Source: Bacteroidales bacterium
Lineage (GTDB): Bacteria; Bacteroidota; Bacteroidia; Bacteroidales; UBA4417
Length of the DNA stretch: 27,228 nucleotides
Assembly: GCA_038250985.1 (NCBI GenBank)
Contig: JBBSBT010000001.1
Location: 1-27,228 of the forward strand
Direction: 5' to 3'
A program made the position numbers and the translations under genes. The notes beneath the pieces were generated by a model. That model saw nothing but the letters and a program-made list of their open reading frames with translations. It was not told the DNA's origin and did not search any database. Below, in pieces: positions 16,935 to 26,855 of this stretch. Positions within the stretch are counted from its first letter, which is position 1, and each line of letters begins with the position of its first letter.

Positions 16935-18614
16935 ATGCGACATATTTTAAAATTTATTTTCTTTCTTCCGACAGCTTTTACCGCATCGGCTCAACAAACA
17001 AAACTTGCTGACAGTATTTATTCTATTCAAGACAGCATTTGCATTCCGACTAAAAGCGGAGTAAATATTTCCGCTATCATTGTTCGAAAAAAAGCAAATA
17101 TTCAACCTTTACCAGTTATTCTTTTCTACACGACTTACTATCAAGGCGCAGGTGACGACATTCTTGGGAAAAAGTCTGCAGATAGAGATTATGTTGGCGT
17201 AGTGGCTTATGCTCGTGGCATTCGGACAAATCTAAAAGATTATGCACCATACGAACATGAAGGAAATGATATTTACGATATTATTGATTGGATAAGTAAA
17301 CAGACATGGTGCAATGGAAAAGTTGCAATGTATGGTGGGAGTTATACAGGTTTTTCGCAGTGGGCAACGGCTAAATATTTGCACCCAGCATTGAAAACTA
17401 TTGTTCCGCAGGTAGCGGTGATGCCAGGATTTGACGCACCAATGGAAAACAACGTTCCTTATGGAAGTATTTTAAGTTGGGCTAACGACAATATTTATAA
17501 AAACAAACCTTATAATAGAGGTTTGGTTTTTGATTGGTTTGAAAAAGGCACTTCTTTTCGTAGTTTGGATAGCTTGGGCGGGCAACCAAATCCCATTTTT
17601 CAAAAGTGGCTTAACCACCCAGCTTATGATAATTATTGGCAATCATTAGTGCCAACACCAAATGAATATGCAAAAATCAATATTCCAATTTTAACAACAA
17701 CGGGCTACTATGACGGTTCGCAAATTGGAGCAATTCAGTATTTCAAATTGCATACTAAATACAACAAAAAGGGAAATCATTATTTTGTTATTGGACCTTA
17801 TGACCATTGGGGCGGACAAAGAAAAGCATCGCCAAACTTAATGGGCTACGACATTGACAGTGTTGCGAATATTAGTATGGAAAACTTGGCTTTTCAGTGG
17901 ATAGATTGGATTTTAAAAGACGGCAAAAAGCCCGACTTACTAAAAGGCAAAGTGAATTATGAAGTGATGGGAACTAACAAATGGAAACACACTGCTTCTT
18001 TAGACAAAATGAATAATGACACTTTGAAATTTTATCTAAACAACAATTTTACTCTTGATGATAAAAAGCCAATTGACAACCAATTTGTAAAGCAGACACT
18101 AGACTTTAAGGACAGAGAAACCCAAAACAATTATTTTACACCAACAATTGTTTTTGACACGTTAGATGCCAGTAATGGTTTGGTTTTTACGACTAAGCCA
18201 TTTGACAAGGAGTTTTCAATTAATGGTTCGTTTACTGGTAATTTGTATGCAACCATCAACAAAAAAGATATGGACGTTTCGATGGCTTTATACGAATTGA
18301 TGCCAAACGGTAAATATTTTTTTCTAACCCGTTACATTGGTCGTGCCAGTTACGCCAAAGACAATAGTAAAAGACAATTACTAAAACCTAACCAAAAAGA
18401 ATTTATTCCATTTACGAATACACGTCTTATCAGCAAGAAAATCAGCAAGGGGAGTAAATTGGCAATACTTTTAAATATCAACAAGCATCCATTTGAAATT
18501 ATAAATTATGGTTCAGGCAAAGACCCCAATGACGAAACAATTAATGATGCGAATGAGCCCTTGCAAATTAAGTGGCACAACGACAGTTTTATTAAAATCC
18601 CAATATGGAAATAA
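16935..18614 (+). CDS. CocE/NonD (peptidase S15-like) serine hydrolase, secreted; gene cassette
   Basis: Signal peptide ending SAQ, GKVAMYGGSYTG nucleophile elbow, GYYD and GPYDH, C-terminal jelly-roll region. Confidence 0.9.
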   Translation: MRHILKFIFFLPTAFTASAQQTKLADSIYSIQDSICIPTKSGVNISAIIVRKKANIQPLPVILFYTTYYQGAGDDILGKKSADRDYVGVVAYARGIRTNLKDYAPYEHEGNDIYDIIDWISKQTWCNGKVAMYGGSYTGFSQWATAKYLHPALKTIVPQVAVMPGFDAPMENNVPYGSILSWANDNIYKNKPYNRGLVFDWFEKGTSFRSLDSLGGQPNPIFQKWLNHPAYDNYWQSLVPTPNEYAKINIPILTTTGYYDGSQIGAIQYFKLHTKYNKKGNHYFVIGPYDHWGGQRKASPNLMGYDIDSVANISMENLAFQWIDWILKDGKKPDLLKGKVNYEVMGTNKWKHTASLDKMNNDTLKFYLNNNFTLDDKKPIDNQFVKQTLDFKDRETQNNYFTPTIVFDTLDASNGLVFTTKPFDKEFSINGSFTGNLYATINKKDMDVSMALYELMPNGKYFFLTRYIGRASYAKDNSKRQLLKPNQKEFIPFTNTRLISKKISKGSKLAILLNINKHPFEIINYGSGKDPNDETINDANEPLQIKWHNDSFIKIPIWK

Positions 18615-18634
18615 CTACTTAGAACAACGCCAGC

Positions 18635-18766
18635 AGCTAACAGGCATTTGGCAAAAGCGGCGGTTCAGCGCTCAGTAGACACCTTTGTGGTTAATCACAA
18701 TTTGGTTCTTCGCATCAACATTGGTGCTAAAAATCGCCACCTTCGCCAAGATGCAAACCGTTAGCC
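18635..18766 (+). repeat. Intact attC-like site (132 bp)
   Basis: AGCTAAC-aggcatttggcaaaagcggcg ... cgccaccttcgccaagatgcaaacc-GTTAGCC imperfect inverted repeat 20 nt after the stop. Confidence 0.85.
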
Positions 18767-18973
18767 CTACACGAAGTTGTAAACGAATACGGTAACGTCG
18801 CCGCCTCACCAATGCGATCTCTAGTCAAATGGATCGGGCGATATGGTTGTCTGTTCTACGATAACCAAAAACCGTCATTGAAACAACCCAAACCAGGGAT
18901 ATCACGTATCATTGTTATCCTTAGTTATTTTAGGACTACCACCCACTCACCTTCCCTTACTTAAAAAAGAAAA

Positions 18974-21100
18974 ATGAAATCTCTATTTATCACCCTCATG
19001 ATCCTTTGTTATGCCTCTGCAATGATGGCTCAACATGTTGAAGTGGCTGGCCAAATGCGTATTGACAACATGGATAAAGTCAATTCAGCAGACAGCGTCG
19101 TGGTGCGGCTTGCCGATGGCACACTGGCTGTCAGGGATGTCTCTTCGCTGACAAAAGAAACCGGTTGGACCCTTGTGGCGGATACAACATCAACAACAAA
19201 AATGGTAGGCATCGGGACTTCCTCTCCCAGTGCACCACTGCATCTCGTGGGCAACCAGCGAATTGAAGGACGCCTGGAGATCCTCAAAGCCATTGGTGAT
19301 TCTTCTGTCTTTATCGGGATTAATGCGGGCATGAATGACCTGGGCGGCAATGAGAATACGTTTGTCGGCCATGATGCAGGCAGGTACAACACCACTGGAT
19401 ATTACAACACCGGTGTTGGCGTAGCTGCCCTGCAAAATAATAGCACAGGAACTCAAAACACCGCAATCGGAGCAGGCGCCCTTTGGTACAACACTACAGG
19501 ATACAATAATACCGCAACCGGAACAGGCGCCCTTTTAGCCAACACTACAGGATCCGCAAACACCGCAACCGGAGTAGGCACCCTTGAGTATAACATCACA
19601 GGATATAATAACACCGCCAATGGTAACTTAGCACTTTATAACAACACATCCGGGTTCAACAATACAGCAACAGGAAAATTCACTCTTCTAAACAACACCA
19701 CAGGATATGGCAATACTGCAATAGGAGAAGCTGCCCTTTTTTCGGACACCACGGGATACTACAATACCGCAACCGGATTCAATGCACTTTATAACAATAC
19801 CACGGGATATGTAAACACTGCGATTGGAACCGGTTCACTTCAATCCAACACCACTGGAATTGCAAACACAGCAAGTGGAATTAATGCACTTGTTTTGAAC
19901 ACTACAGGAAATTATAACACAGCCAATGGATCAGCTGCGCTTTACGCCAACACCACAGGCAGGTCCAATGTAGGTATAGGTACGTTTGCATTATTCCAAA
20001 ATACGGATCGAAATAATCTTGTGGCTGTGGGGGATTCAGCGCTTTATCATAACGGCTTTGGCGCAACAGAAACTTACCATGCCATATCAAATACAGCGTT
20101 AGGGTCAAAAGCACTATACGCCAACACGACAGGATATCGCAACACCGCGGCAGGAAGCCGGGCCCTCAATGCAAACACAGAGGGATTCCACAACACGGCT
20201 TTCGGAAGCCAAGCCCTTTACGCCAATACGACAGGCTATCAAAACACAGCTACCGGCCTCTGGGTACTTTATAATTCCACGACAGGAAATGAAAATACAG
20301 GTACAGGAGCCGGGGCCCTTTTCGCTAACACCGAAGGCAATCTGAATACGGCAGTTGGAAGTGGAGCGCTATATGCCAATACAACGGGGTCAGAGAATAC
20401 GGCTACCGGAGGATATGCACTCTTTAATGATACGACCGGAATAGAAAACACAGCCCACGGATTTCATTCGCTTTATAACAACTCCTCAGGAAATCGAAAT
20501 ACCGCCATAGGCGATAGTTCGCTCTGGTCCAACGCTACCGGAACCGGTAACACAGGTCTGGGAAATGGCGCCGATGTTGCATCCGATAACCTAATCAATG
20601 CCACAGCTATTGGATACAAAGCAATGGTCGATGCCTCCAATAAAGTAAGAATTGGGAATGAAAATGTAACGGTCATCGAAGGACAGGTTCCATTCACGTC
20701 TTCTTCCGACCGGCGTTTGAAAGAAGATATTGTCCCTGTACGGCTTGGACTGGACTTTGTCAATGATCTGAACCCCGTACAATATCATCGCATCAACAAT
20801 CCAGATCCGGATCTGGAAATGGGCATTATTGCCCAGGACTTATTGACAGCTTTGGAGCTTCATGATGCAAAACAATCGGGGATGGTGAATCATAACGGGG
20901 ATGGGTATATGTCGGTGCGTTATAATGATTTGATCGCGCCCATGATAAAATCGATGCAGGAACTCAGTGATGAAAATGACAAGCTCAAAGCTGATCTTGA
21001 TTACTGTAAAACCAAATTGAAAAGATTGGACGATATAGAATCTGAACTTGCGCAGGTGAAAGCACTGTTGACTCCGGCAAGTTCAGTGGGTTCTGATTGA
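18974..21100 (+). CDS. Secreted fibre-like repeat protein with a C-terminal peptidase S74 intramolecular chaperone domain
   Basis: Signal peptide ending MAQ; about 24 units of a 17-aa xNTTGxxNTAxGxxALx repeat; SSDRRLKEDI...GLDFVNDLNPVQY S74 motif; C-terminal coiled coil. Confidence 0.85.
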   Translation: MKSLFITLMILCYASAMMAQHVEVAGQMRIDNMDKVNSADSVVVRLADGTLAVRDVSSLTKETGWTLVADTTSTTKMVGIGTSSPSAPLHLVGNQRIEGRLEILKAIGDSSVFIGINAGMNDLGGNENTFVGHDAGRYNTTGYYNTGVGVAALQNNSTGTQNTAIGAGALWYNTTGYNNTATGTGALLANTTGSANTATGVGTLEYNITGYNNTANGNLALYNNTSGFNNTATGKFTLLNNTTGYGNTAIGEAALFSDTTGYYNTATGFNALYNNTTGYVNTAIGTGSLQSNTTGIANTASGINALVLNTTGNYNTANGSAALYANTTGRSNVGIGTFALFQNTDRNNLVAVGDSALYHNGFGATETYHAISNTALGSKALYANTTGYRNTAAGSRALNANTEGFHNTAFGSQALYANTTGYQNTATGLWVLYNSTTGNENTGTGAGALFANTEGNLNTAVGSGALYANTTGSENTATGGYALFNDTTGIENTAHGFHSLYNNSSGNRNTAIGDSSLWSNATGTGNTGLGNGADVASDNLINATAIGYKAMVDASNKVRIGNENVTVIEGQVPFTSSSDRRLKEDIVPVRLGLDFVNDLNPVQYHRINNPDPDLEMGIIAQDLLTALELHDAKQSGMVNHNGDGYMSVRYNDLIAPMIKSMQELSDENDKLKADLDYCKTKLKRLDDIESELAQVKALLTPASSVGSD

Positions 21101-21132
21101 CTCACTGAACTAAAAGTCAAAATGGAAGTTGA

Positions 21133-21432
21133 ATTCTAAGTTCAGCATGCCGTTTAATTCTTGAGTGTGTCTACACAAAACTAACGGCGCTCCTTTCAGA
21201 CTTCGATGACGATGAGAAGGATGACAAATTCTATGTCGTGATCTCAGACTATAGCATCTCGGGATTGATGAACATGAACGGAAAGGTTCTCTTTAACCCT
21301 GGCTTCGGATTTATTGAATTTTGAAAAAACGTGAATCTGTTTTCTCTCATGGGTCCAAATGGCTACTCCGGATTTTGTGACGGAGAAGGCCATATCTTTC
21401 TACCTAAGGAATGCGTATGTATTCAAGAGTAA
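21133..21432 (+). pseudogene. WG-repeat protein 3' remnant, copy 2
   Basis: SGLMNMNGKVLFNP and NGYSGFCDGEGHIFLP WG-like units; in-frame TGA at 21322-21324 where copy 1 has AGA; no start codon for the upstream part. Confidence 0.55.
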
Positions 21433-21562
21433 TTTGGTGTGCTCCAAATGAAGTTTGAAGAATATTTTTGAACCTGGAGATTTCTTACTCTTGCAGCAAT
21501 CCACCTCAGAAGTTCATAATTTGAGTATATTTCGGGACTGCAGGTGCAGGTATAAACGAGTT
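21295..21562 (+). repeat. Three-copy attI-like element, copy 2
   Basis: Core 21488-21556, then 3 nt, then GTT 21560-21562. Confidence 0.85.
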
Positions 21563-21643
21563 GTGTGTCAGCTTGATTGACACTTTCATTAATCGGGTAC
21601 TCCATTAACTTTATAAACTAAATTGTTCACATTCAAAAAAAAA

Positions 21644-23092
21644 ATGAAAATACTTCATCTCTCTATTTTATCGCTATTATTCGGGTGCGAATGCATGGCA
21701 CAAAAAAGTGCGCTTGATAAAACACTAAATCCTTTAAAAAATGAAGCGGCAAATTATCTTCAATCCAATTACGGAAAGTATAAAACAATTGCAGTAAGCA
21801 TTTGGGATTATGCTGAAGCTGGTTTTAAAGAAAATAAAAGTTCATTATTATTACAAAATACGCTAAAGGAAAATGGATTTAATGTGGAAGCTGGTGTTGC
21901 CGGTATGCCTACCGCATTCGTAGCAACTTACGGAACCGGGAAGCCCGTAATAGGGATACTTGCTGAGTTTGATGCACTGCCTGGCTTTTCGCAAGACAGT
22001 TCTTACACTAAAACACCTATAGCTAATAAAAGTAATGGTCATGCCTGCGGGCATAATTTATTTGGAACAGGTTCTGTTGCTTCGGGTATAGCGATTAAAA
22101 AATTAATAGAAGAAGGCAAAATTATAGGCACTATAAAAGTATATGGATGCCCTGCAGAAGAAGGTGGTGATGGAAAAGTGTATATGGTAAGGGAAGGTTT
22201 ATTTAATAATGTAGATGTAGTTTTGCATTGGCATCCGGATGAACATAATGCTGTTACTTATACAAGTTCTTTGGCTATTAAAACTGCTAAGTTTAGATTT
22301 TACGGTATCTCTGCTCATGCTGCGGCTGCTCCTGACAAAGGACGCTCAGCTTTAGATGCTGTTGAGAGCATGGATTATATGGTAAATATGATGCGTGAGC
22401 ATATTCCACAGGAATCACGTATTCATTATGTAATTACTAATGGAGGAAAAGCCCCAAATGTTGTTCCTGACTTTTCAGAAGTTTTTTACTATGTAAGAAA
22501 TCCTGATAGAGCCATGGTAGACAGCTTATTTAAAAGAGTGGTAAAAGCTGCTGAAGGTGCTGCTTTGGGTACGGAAACAAAAATGGAATATGAAATTATC
22601 AGTGGCTCGCATGACTTACTAATTAATAAAACACTAGCTGATGTTATGCAAGCTAATTTAGAGAAAGTGGGTGGAGTAACTTATACTGCTGATGAAGTAA
22701 AATTTGGCAAACAGCTTCAGACAACATTTTTGGGCAATGTATCTTCCTTAGATTCTGCAGCTTTTGTAAAGCCATTACATTATGAAAAAAATCAAGGGTC
22801 AACTGATGTTGGTGATGTAAGCTATACAGTACCAACTGTTGGATTAGAAGCTGCAACGTGGGTACCAGGTACCTCAGCACATAGCTGGCAGGCGGTTGCC
22901 TGCGGCGGCAATGATATTGGCATGAAAGGAATGATGGTCGCTGCCAAAACAATTGCATATACCGCTATTGACCTATTTTTAAATCCTGCACTTATTATCA
23001 AAGCAAAAGAGGAGTTTAAGAAAATGAAAGGCGACTATCAATACAAGGCATTATTAGGTGACAGAAAGCCTGCATTAAATTATAGGGATTGA
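21644..23092 (+). CDS. M20-family amidohydrolase (AbgB-like), with signal peptide; gene cassette
   Basis: LAEFDALPG, GHACGHN, GCPAEEG, HWHP, GSTDVGDVS, HSWQ motifs; ATG 21644 after an A tract. Confidence 0.9.
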   Translation: MKILHLSILSLLFGCECMAQKSALDKTLNPLKNEAANYLQSNYGKYKTIAVSIWDYAEAGFKENKSSLLLQNTLKENGFNVEAGVAGMPTAFVATYGTGKPVIGILAEFDALPGFSQDSSYTKTPIANKSNGHACGHNLFGTGSVASGIAIKKLIEEGKIIGTIKVYGCPAEEGGDGKVYMVREGLFNNVDVVLHWHPDEHNAVTYTSSLAIKTAKFRFYGISAHAAAAPDKGRSALDAVESMDYMVNMMREHIPQESRIHYVITNGGKAPNVVPDFSEVFYYVRNPDRAMVDSLFKRVVKAAEGAALGTETKMEYEIISGSHDLLINKTLADVMQANLEKVGGVTYTADEVKFGKQLQTTFLGNVSSLDSAAFVKPLHYEKNQGSTDVGDVSYTVPTVGLEAATWVPGTSAHSWQAVACGGNDIGMKGMMVAAKTIAYTAIDLFLNPALIIKAKEEFKKMKGDYQYKALLGDRKPALNYRD

Positions 23093-23128
23093 CTTATCTC
23101 TTTTTATACATTATACACTAAAGCCGAA

Positions 23129-23327
23129 CACACAACAAAAGTATTGCTGCAATTGGGGCTTGACGGAAGAACATTCATCAGCTGTACATATCCAAGCTTT
23201 GGTTTCGGCGGACGGAATTCTGTTGAGCTTTTGTAGGTTAACTTCGGCTTTTGTTTATTAATTTAGCTTCAGTTCCGGGCAGACAGTTGGTCAATTCCCC
23301 AACTGCAGCAATACTCGAACGTTAGGC
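23129..23327 (+). repeat. Intact long attC-like site (about 199 bp)
   Basis: CACACAAC 23129-23136; arms agtattgctgcaattgggg (23140-23158) and ccccaactgcagcaatact (23297-23315) are complementary at 18/19; GTTAGGC 23321-23327. Confidence 0.85.
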
Positions 23328-23388
23328 GCAACCAAAGCTATATTTTATGATAAATCTCGAATCAGATGAACAATTAAAAGGACAATCG

Positions 23389-23589
23389 ATGAACAATCAA
23401 CGCAGGGTTCCTCGCATTTTCTTCGTGCTTACTTTCTTTGGGGTCATGAACCTTTTAGCCATGCTAAGTAGCCCCGCTTGGGCGAACATTCGAGGGGTAG
23501 ATGTTGTGCGCCTCATCGGCACAGGTATGTGCTTTGGAGGTGCAATCGTTTCTTTTGTGGCATACTTTCTAGACCGTCGCTCATCCTGA
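23389..23589 (+). CDS. Small two-helix membrane protein
   Basis: Two hydrophobic segments; ATG 23389 preceded by AAGGA; immediately after the attC GTT. Confidence 0.5.
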   Translation: MNNQRRVPRIFFVLTFFGVMNLLAMLSSPAWANIRGVDVVRLIGTGMCFGGAIVSFVAYFLDRRSS

Positions 23590-23799
23590 AGACCAGGAAT
23601 ACCACGCAATAATGTATTCCCAATTGTTCGAACAACCATTCAGATCCGCTGGTTTATAAAGATGCGGTGTTCGATAGTGTTGCAGGACAAGAAGTATGCA
23701 CTTGCAGAAAATTATTTCGCTTGTTGGTTTTATCAACGATGACTCTGTCTAGGCAACAAAAGTGTGATGTATCACAGGAAAGTCTTAACTTCACAGAGA

Positions 23800-24024
23800 A
23801 TGAAAACAATTAAAGAGCTTACGCCAATTATAGAGCGAGAAGGCGATGGTTATGTCGCGCTTTGTGCTGAACTTGATGTAGCAAGCCAAGGTGATACCAT
23901 TGAGGAAGCCCGCTCAAATCTCATTGAAGCTCTTGAACTTTTCTATGAAACAGCTTCAGAAGAAGAGATATCAAGAAGATTTCATGAAGAAGTGCTGATC
24001 ACTCGTGTCCAGGTGGCTATATAA
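23800..24024 (+). CDS. hicB: HicB-family antitoxin (short form)
   Basis: IIEREGDGYVALCAELDVASQGDTIEEARSNLIEALELF signature. Confidence 0.85.
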   Translation: MKTIKELTPIIEREGDGYVALCAELDVASQGDTIEEARSNLIEALELFYETASEEEISRRFHEEVLITRVQVAI

Positions 24025-24206
24025 TGAAACCCCTATCCGGGAAAGAAGTTTGTTTGATTTTAATGAAGCATGGTTTCATTCAAATATGACAGCGCGGAAG
24101 TCATATCATCATGCAAAAACAAATATAAGGTTCCACTACGACTATTCCTGTTCCAAATCATAAGGAATTGCGAACAGGAACACTGGGCTCAATAATGAGA
24201 AAATAA
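24024..24206 (+). pseudogene. hicA: HicA-family toxin pseudogene
   Basis: TAATG coupling to hicB; MKPLSGKEVCLILMKHGFIQI*QRGSHIIMQKQI*GSTTTIPVPNHKELRTGTLGSIMRK*; stops at 24087 and 24126; GSH and VP.H.EL..GTL motifs retained. Confidence 0.85.
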
Positions 24207-24223
24207 CAAAATAAAAAAAACGC

Positions 24224-26770
24224 ATGAAAATAGTTTCTTCAATTATACTCGTATGTGCCAGCATCTTAATGAATGCGTCACAATATGTACAGGCACAGTG
24301 CCCTATAGGTAACTCACAGATCATTGTCAATATTATTCCTGATACTTACCCGAATGAAACCAGTTGGGATATAAAAGATTCGTCAAACATTATTATTGCA
24401 AGCGGCACGACCAATAATGATACGATTTGCTATCCCACAGGCAACTTGCTTTATTTTACCATTTATGATTTATATGGGGATGGAATATGTTGCGGTGGTT
24501 TTGGGGATGGCTCTTACAACGTTTATGTTGATGGCAATTTAGTTGCATCAGGTGGTAAATTTGGTTTCAGTGAAACAACTACTTTTAATTACCCACCAGG
24601 TGAAATCAGCGCAATCCTGATCAACGATTTACAGCAGTTGATGGAGCATTGCAATAACGCTACCCTGCTTTCTGCGGCTCAAATCAATTCTTTATCCGCT
24701 GACATTCTTCAAAACCATTTTTATATCGCCGATGATCTTCCGGTCATTACAACAGCCTTTGATCTTATAAATTGTTATGAGGCCAATTCGGGTCCTGTTT
24801 TTTTAAATGCCACGACTACGGGTGGTTTCCCAAACGCGCCGGGAGCCCTTGATGGCTTTGAATATGACCGCGCGATTTTTACCATCCAGCAGGAATTGTT
24901 CAATGTCCTCTATGTCAAAAACAAAATATCGAAATACCGTACCTTCTTACAAGGCAGAAAATATCTGACTTCCAATTATTTTCCCGGTGCCTGTCCATTA
25001 CCCGTTGACTCCACTCAGGTATTCAATGCAACTGTCAATGCGTCGATGCCGACCGATTGGGGGAAGCCTACAGCATGGTCTACAACCCCTGCAAGAAGAC
25101 CTACTGGTTATTACCTGTCTCCCGGTTCGATTGGAAAAGTTACGGTGCCAAATGTCATGGTGAATGCAGGATATAAAATACTTGTAGGTGCACACCCCCT
25201 CATGAATAACACTATACATCCCACTGTTCAGAGGTTTTTCGGAATTTCTAATACGTACGACATCACAGATTCTGTAACCCTTATCGCAAATCCTTTTGGA
25301 GGAGGAATTTATATTATTACTCCTTACCAGGCTTCTGCGGGTTTGCAACAGATTGAATTAACCAATGTCGTTCCGGCACCGTTCTTTTCGGCAAAAAGTT
25401 TTGATCAGACCACCTTAAGCGAATGGCGAAATGTCCAAAGGCAAAATCCGGCACCCTGGGCAGATTTTGAATCTGAAAAATTCATGATGCAAGTGCCATC
25501 AAATTATATATACAACTATAGCGACCCTGTGACGCTGATGGCCGACTGGGATGCACGCATGGATGTGGTTTCAAATTTATTGGGGTATCCTCTGCTTCGC
25601 AATAATCCAGTTCTATATGTTATGCTGGACGTTCAAATTTTGCATGGTGCGTATGGTATTGGATTTCCTCAGATTAATAATCCCTACAGCCCATATGATG
25701 CGCAAGATGGGAATAGTCAAATGTGGTTTTTAGTACCGGGAGCCGCACATATGTGGGAATCTGAGTTCCACGAACTTGGACACGCCCAATCCATGGAAAA
25801 ATTTCCGGGTGAAGAAGAAGCCATTGTGAATCTACTCTCCGCAGCAATCTATAATGAGTTATATGGTATGGGCATCGACAGCGCCTTTGGTATGTCGTTT
25901 GACAATGAGTATTGGCGCGGTCGTGATCAGTCGGCAATTAACTGGATGATTACGCATAATTTCCGCATCGGGAACCCCATGGATATTTCCGATTCAACTA
26001 TAAATGAAGTCCGGTATCAGCACCGTGGGTATGCTAAATATGTTGAAATCGCTGCACTATTTGGCTGGGAAGCACTTGAGAATTATTACCATCAGGTAAA
26101 TCTCGATTACATTAATGGAGTGCCCCCGGGACCTCTGGGAAAAATTGATGATCGTATACTGAAATTATCAATTGCAGCGGGTGTAGACTTGCGTCCATTA
26201 ATTCATTTCTGGGGTGTGCATCCGCAGGATCCGGTTGCACTTGCTCAGGCAATAGAAAACAATAATTTACAGCCCTCGCCTCTCATTTGTAATCGCCTGG
26301 CGCATTATCAATCCATTATTCCAATGGACAGCGCTCAATTTAGCCAGCAAGCTCAGATTTACTTTAATGGCCCTGTACCTCCCGGTGGTAATCCGGATTA
26401 TGAAAATGGTTGGTATAACGTTTGGCTTCCTCGTTATAATCATTTACATGGAGACTCAGCAGTAGTTGCATTGCAAACCATTATCGACACCTACTTCCCT
26501 GATGGTTGTGCGGATATCACAGGGTCCCAGGAAATCATTGATGATAATACCGTTTCCGTCTTTCCCAATCCGAACAGTGGACAATTTACGATTTCACTTC
26601 AGGATGATAATGCGGAAATAATCGTTACGGACTTACTGGGTCACCCCATCCTTAAAACACAAGCAACGCAAAAGACAACAAACCTGCAACTTGACAACAA
26701 CGGAGTTTACATTATTTACATAAAGACAAAACGAGGAACAGCAACACAAAAAATAATTGTAGACCGCTAA
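24224..26770 (+). CDS. M60-like (enhancin/mucinase-type) metallopeptidase with a T9SS C-terminal sorting domain
   Basis: Signal peptide ending QAQ; RPTGYYLSPG, APWADFE, HELGH followed by EEE (HExxH...E); C-terminal VFPNP...GVYII T9SS CTD. Confidence 0.85.
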   Translation: MKIVSSIILVCASILMNASQYVQAQCPIGNSQIIVNIIPDTYPNETSWDIKDSSNIIIASGTTNNDTICYPTGNLLYFTIYDLYGDGICCGGFGDGSYNVYVDGNLVASGGKFGFSETTTFNYPPGEISAILINDLQQLMEHCNNATLLSAAQINSLSADILQNHFYIADDLPVITTAFDLINCYEANSGPVFLNATTTGGFPNAPGALDGFEYDRAIFTIQQELFNVLYVKNKISKYRTFLQGRKYLTSNYFPGACPLPVDSTQVFNATVNASMPTDWGKPTAWSTTPARRPTGYYLSPGSIGKVTVPNVMVNAGYKILVGAHPLMNNTIHPTVQRFFGISNTYDITDSVTLIANPFGGGIYIITPYQASAGLQQIELTNVVPAPFFSAKSFDQTTLSEWRNVQRQNPAPWADFESEKFMMQVPSNYIYNYSDPVTLMADWDARMDVVSNLLGYPLLRNNPVLYVMLDVQILHGAYGIGFPQINNPYSPYDAQDGNSQMWFLVPGAAHMWESEFHELGHAQSMEKFPGEEEAIVNLLSAAIYNELYGMGIDSAFGMSFDNEYWRGRDQSAINWMITHNFRIGNPMDISDSTINEVRYQHRGYAKYVEIAALFGWEALENYYHQVNLDYINGVPPGPLGKIDDRILKLSIAAGVDLRPLIHFWGVHPQDPVALAQAIENNNLQPSPLICNRLAHYQSIIPMDSAQFSQQAQIYFNGPVPPGGNPDYENGWYNVWLPRYNHLHGDSAVVALQTIIDTYFPDGCADITGSQEIIDDNTVSVFPNPNSGQFTISLQDDNAEIIVTDLLGHPILKTQATQKTTNLQLDNNGVYIIYIKTKRGTATQKIIVDR

Positions 26771-26855
26771 CGACCAGGGGAAAGAAGCCACAACGTCTCA
26801 TGACGCTGTTGTAAATTTCTCTTTTGGCGTAATGGCTGAATTATGACTGGTATGA

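Noticed and set aside
18974-21100. Prophage tail fibre / prophage region
   Set aside because: Has a Sec signal peptide and there are no other phage structural, packaging or integrase genes in the window.
26783-26816. gccacaac-gtctcatgacgct-gttgtaaa mini hairpin after the M60 gene as an attC
   Set aside because: Far too short for an attC and no complementary GTTGTGGC found at the 5' end of the M60 gene.
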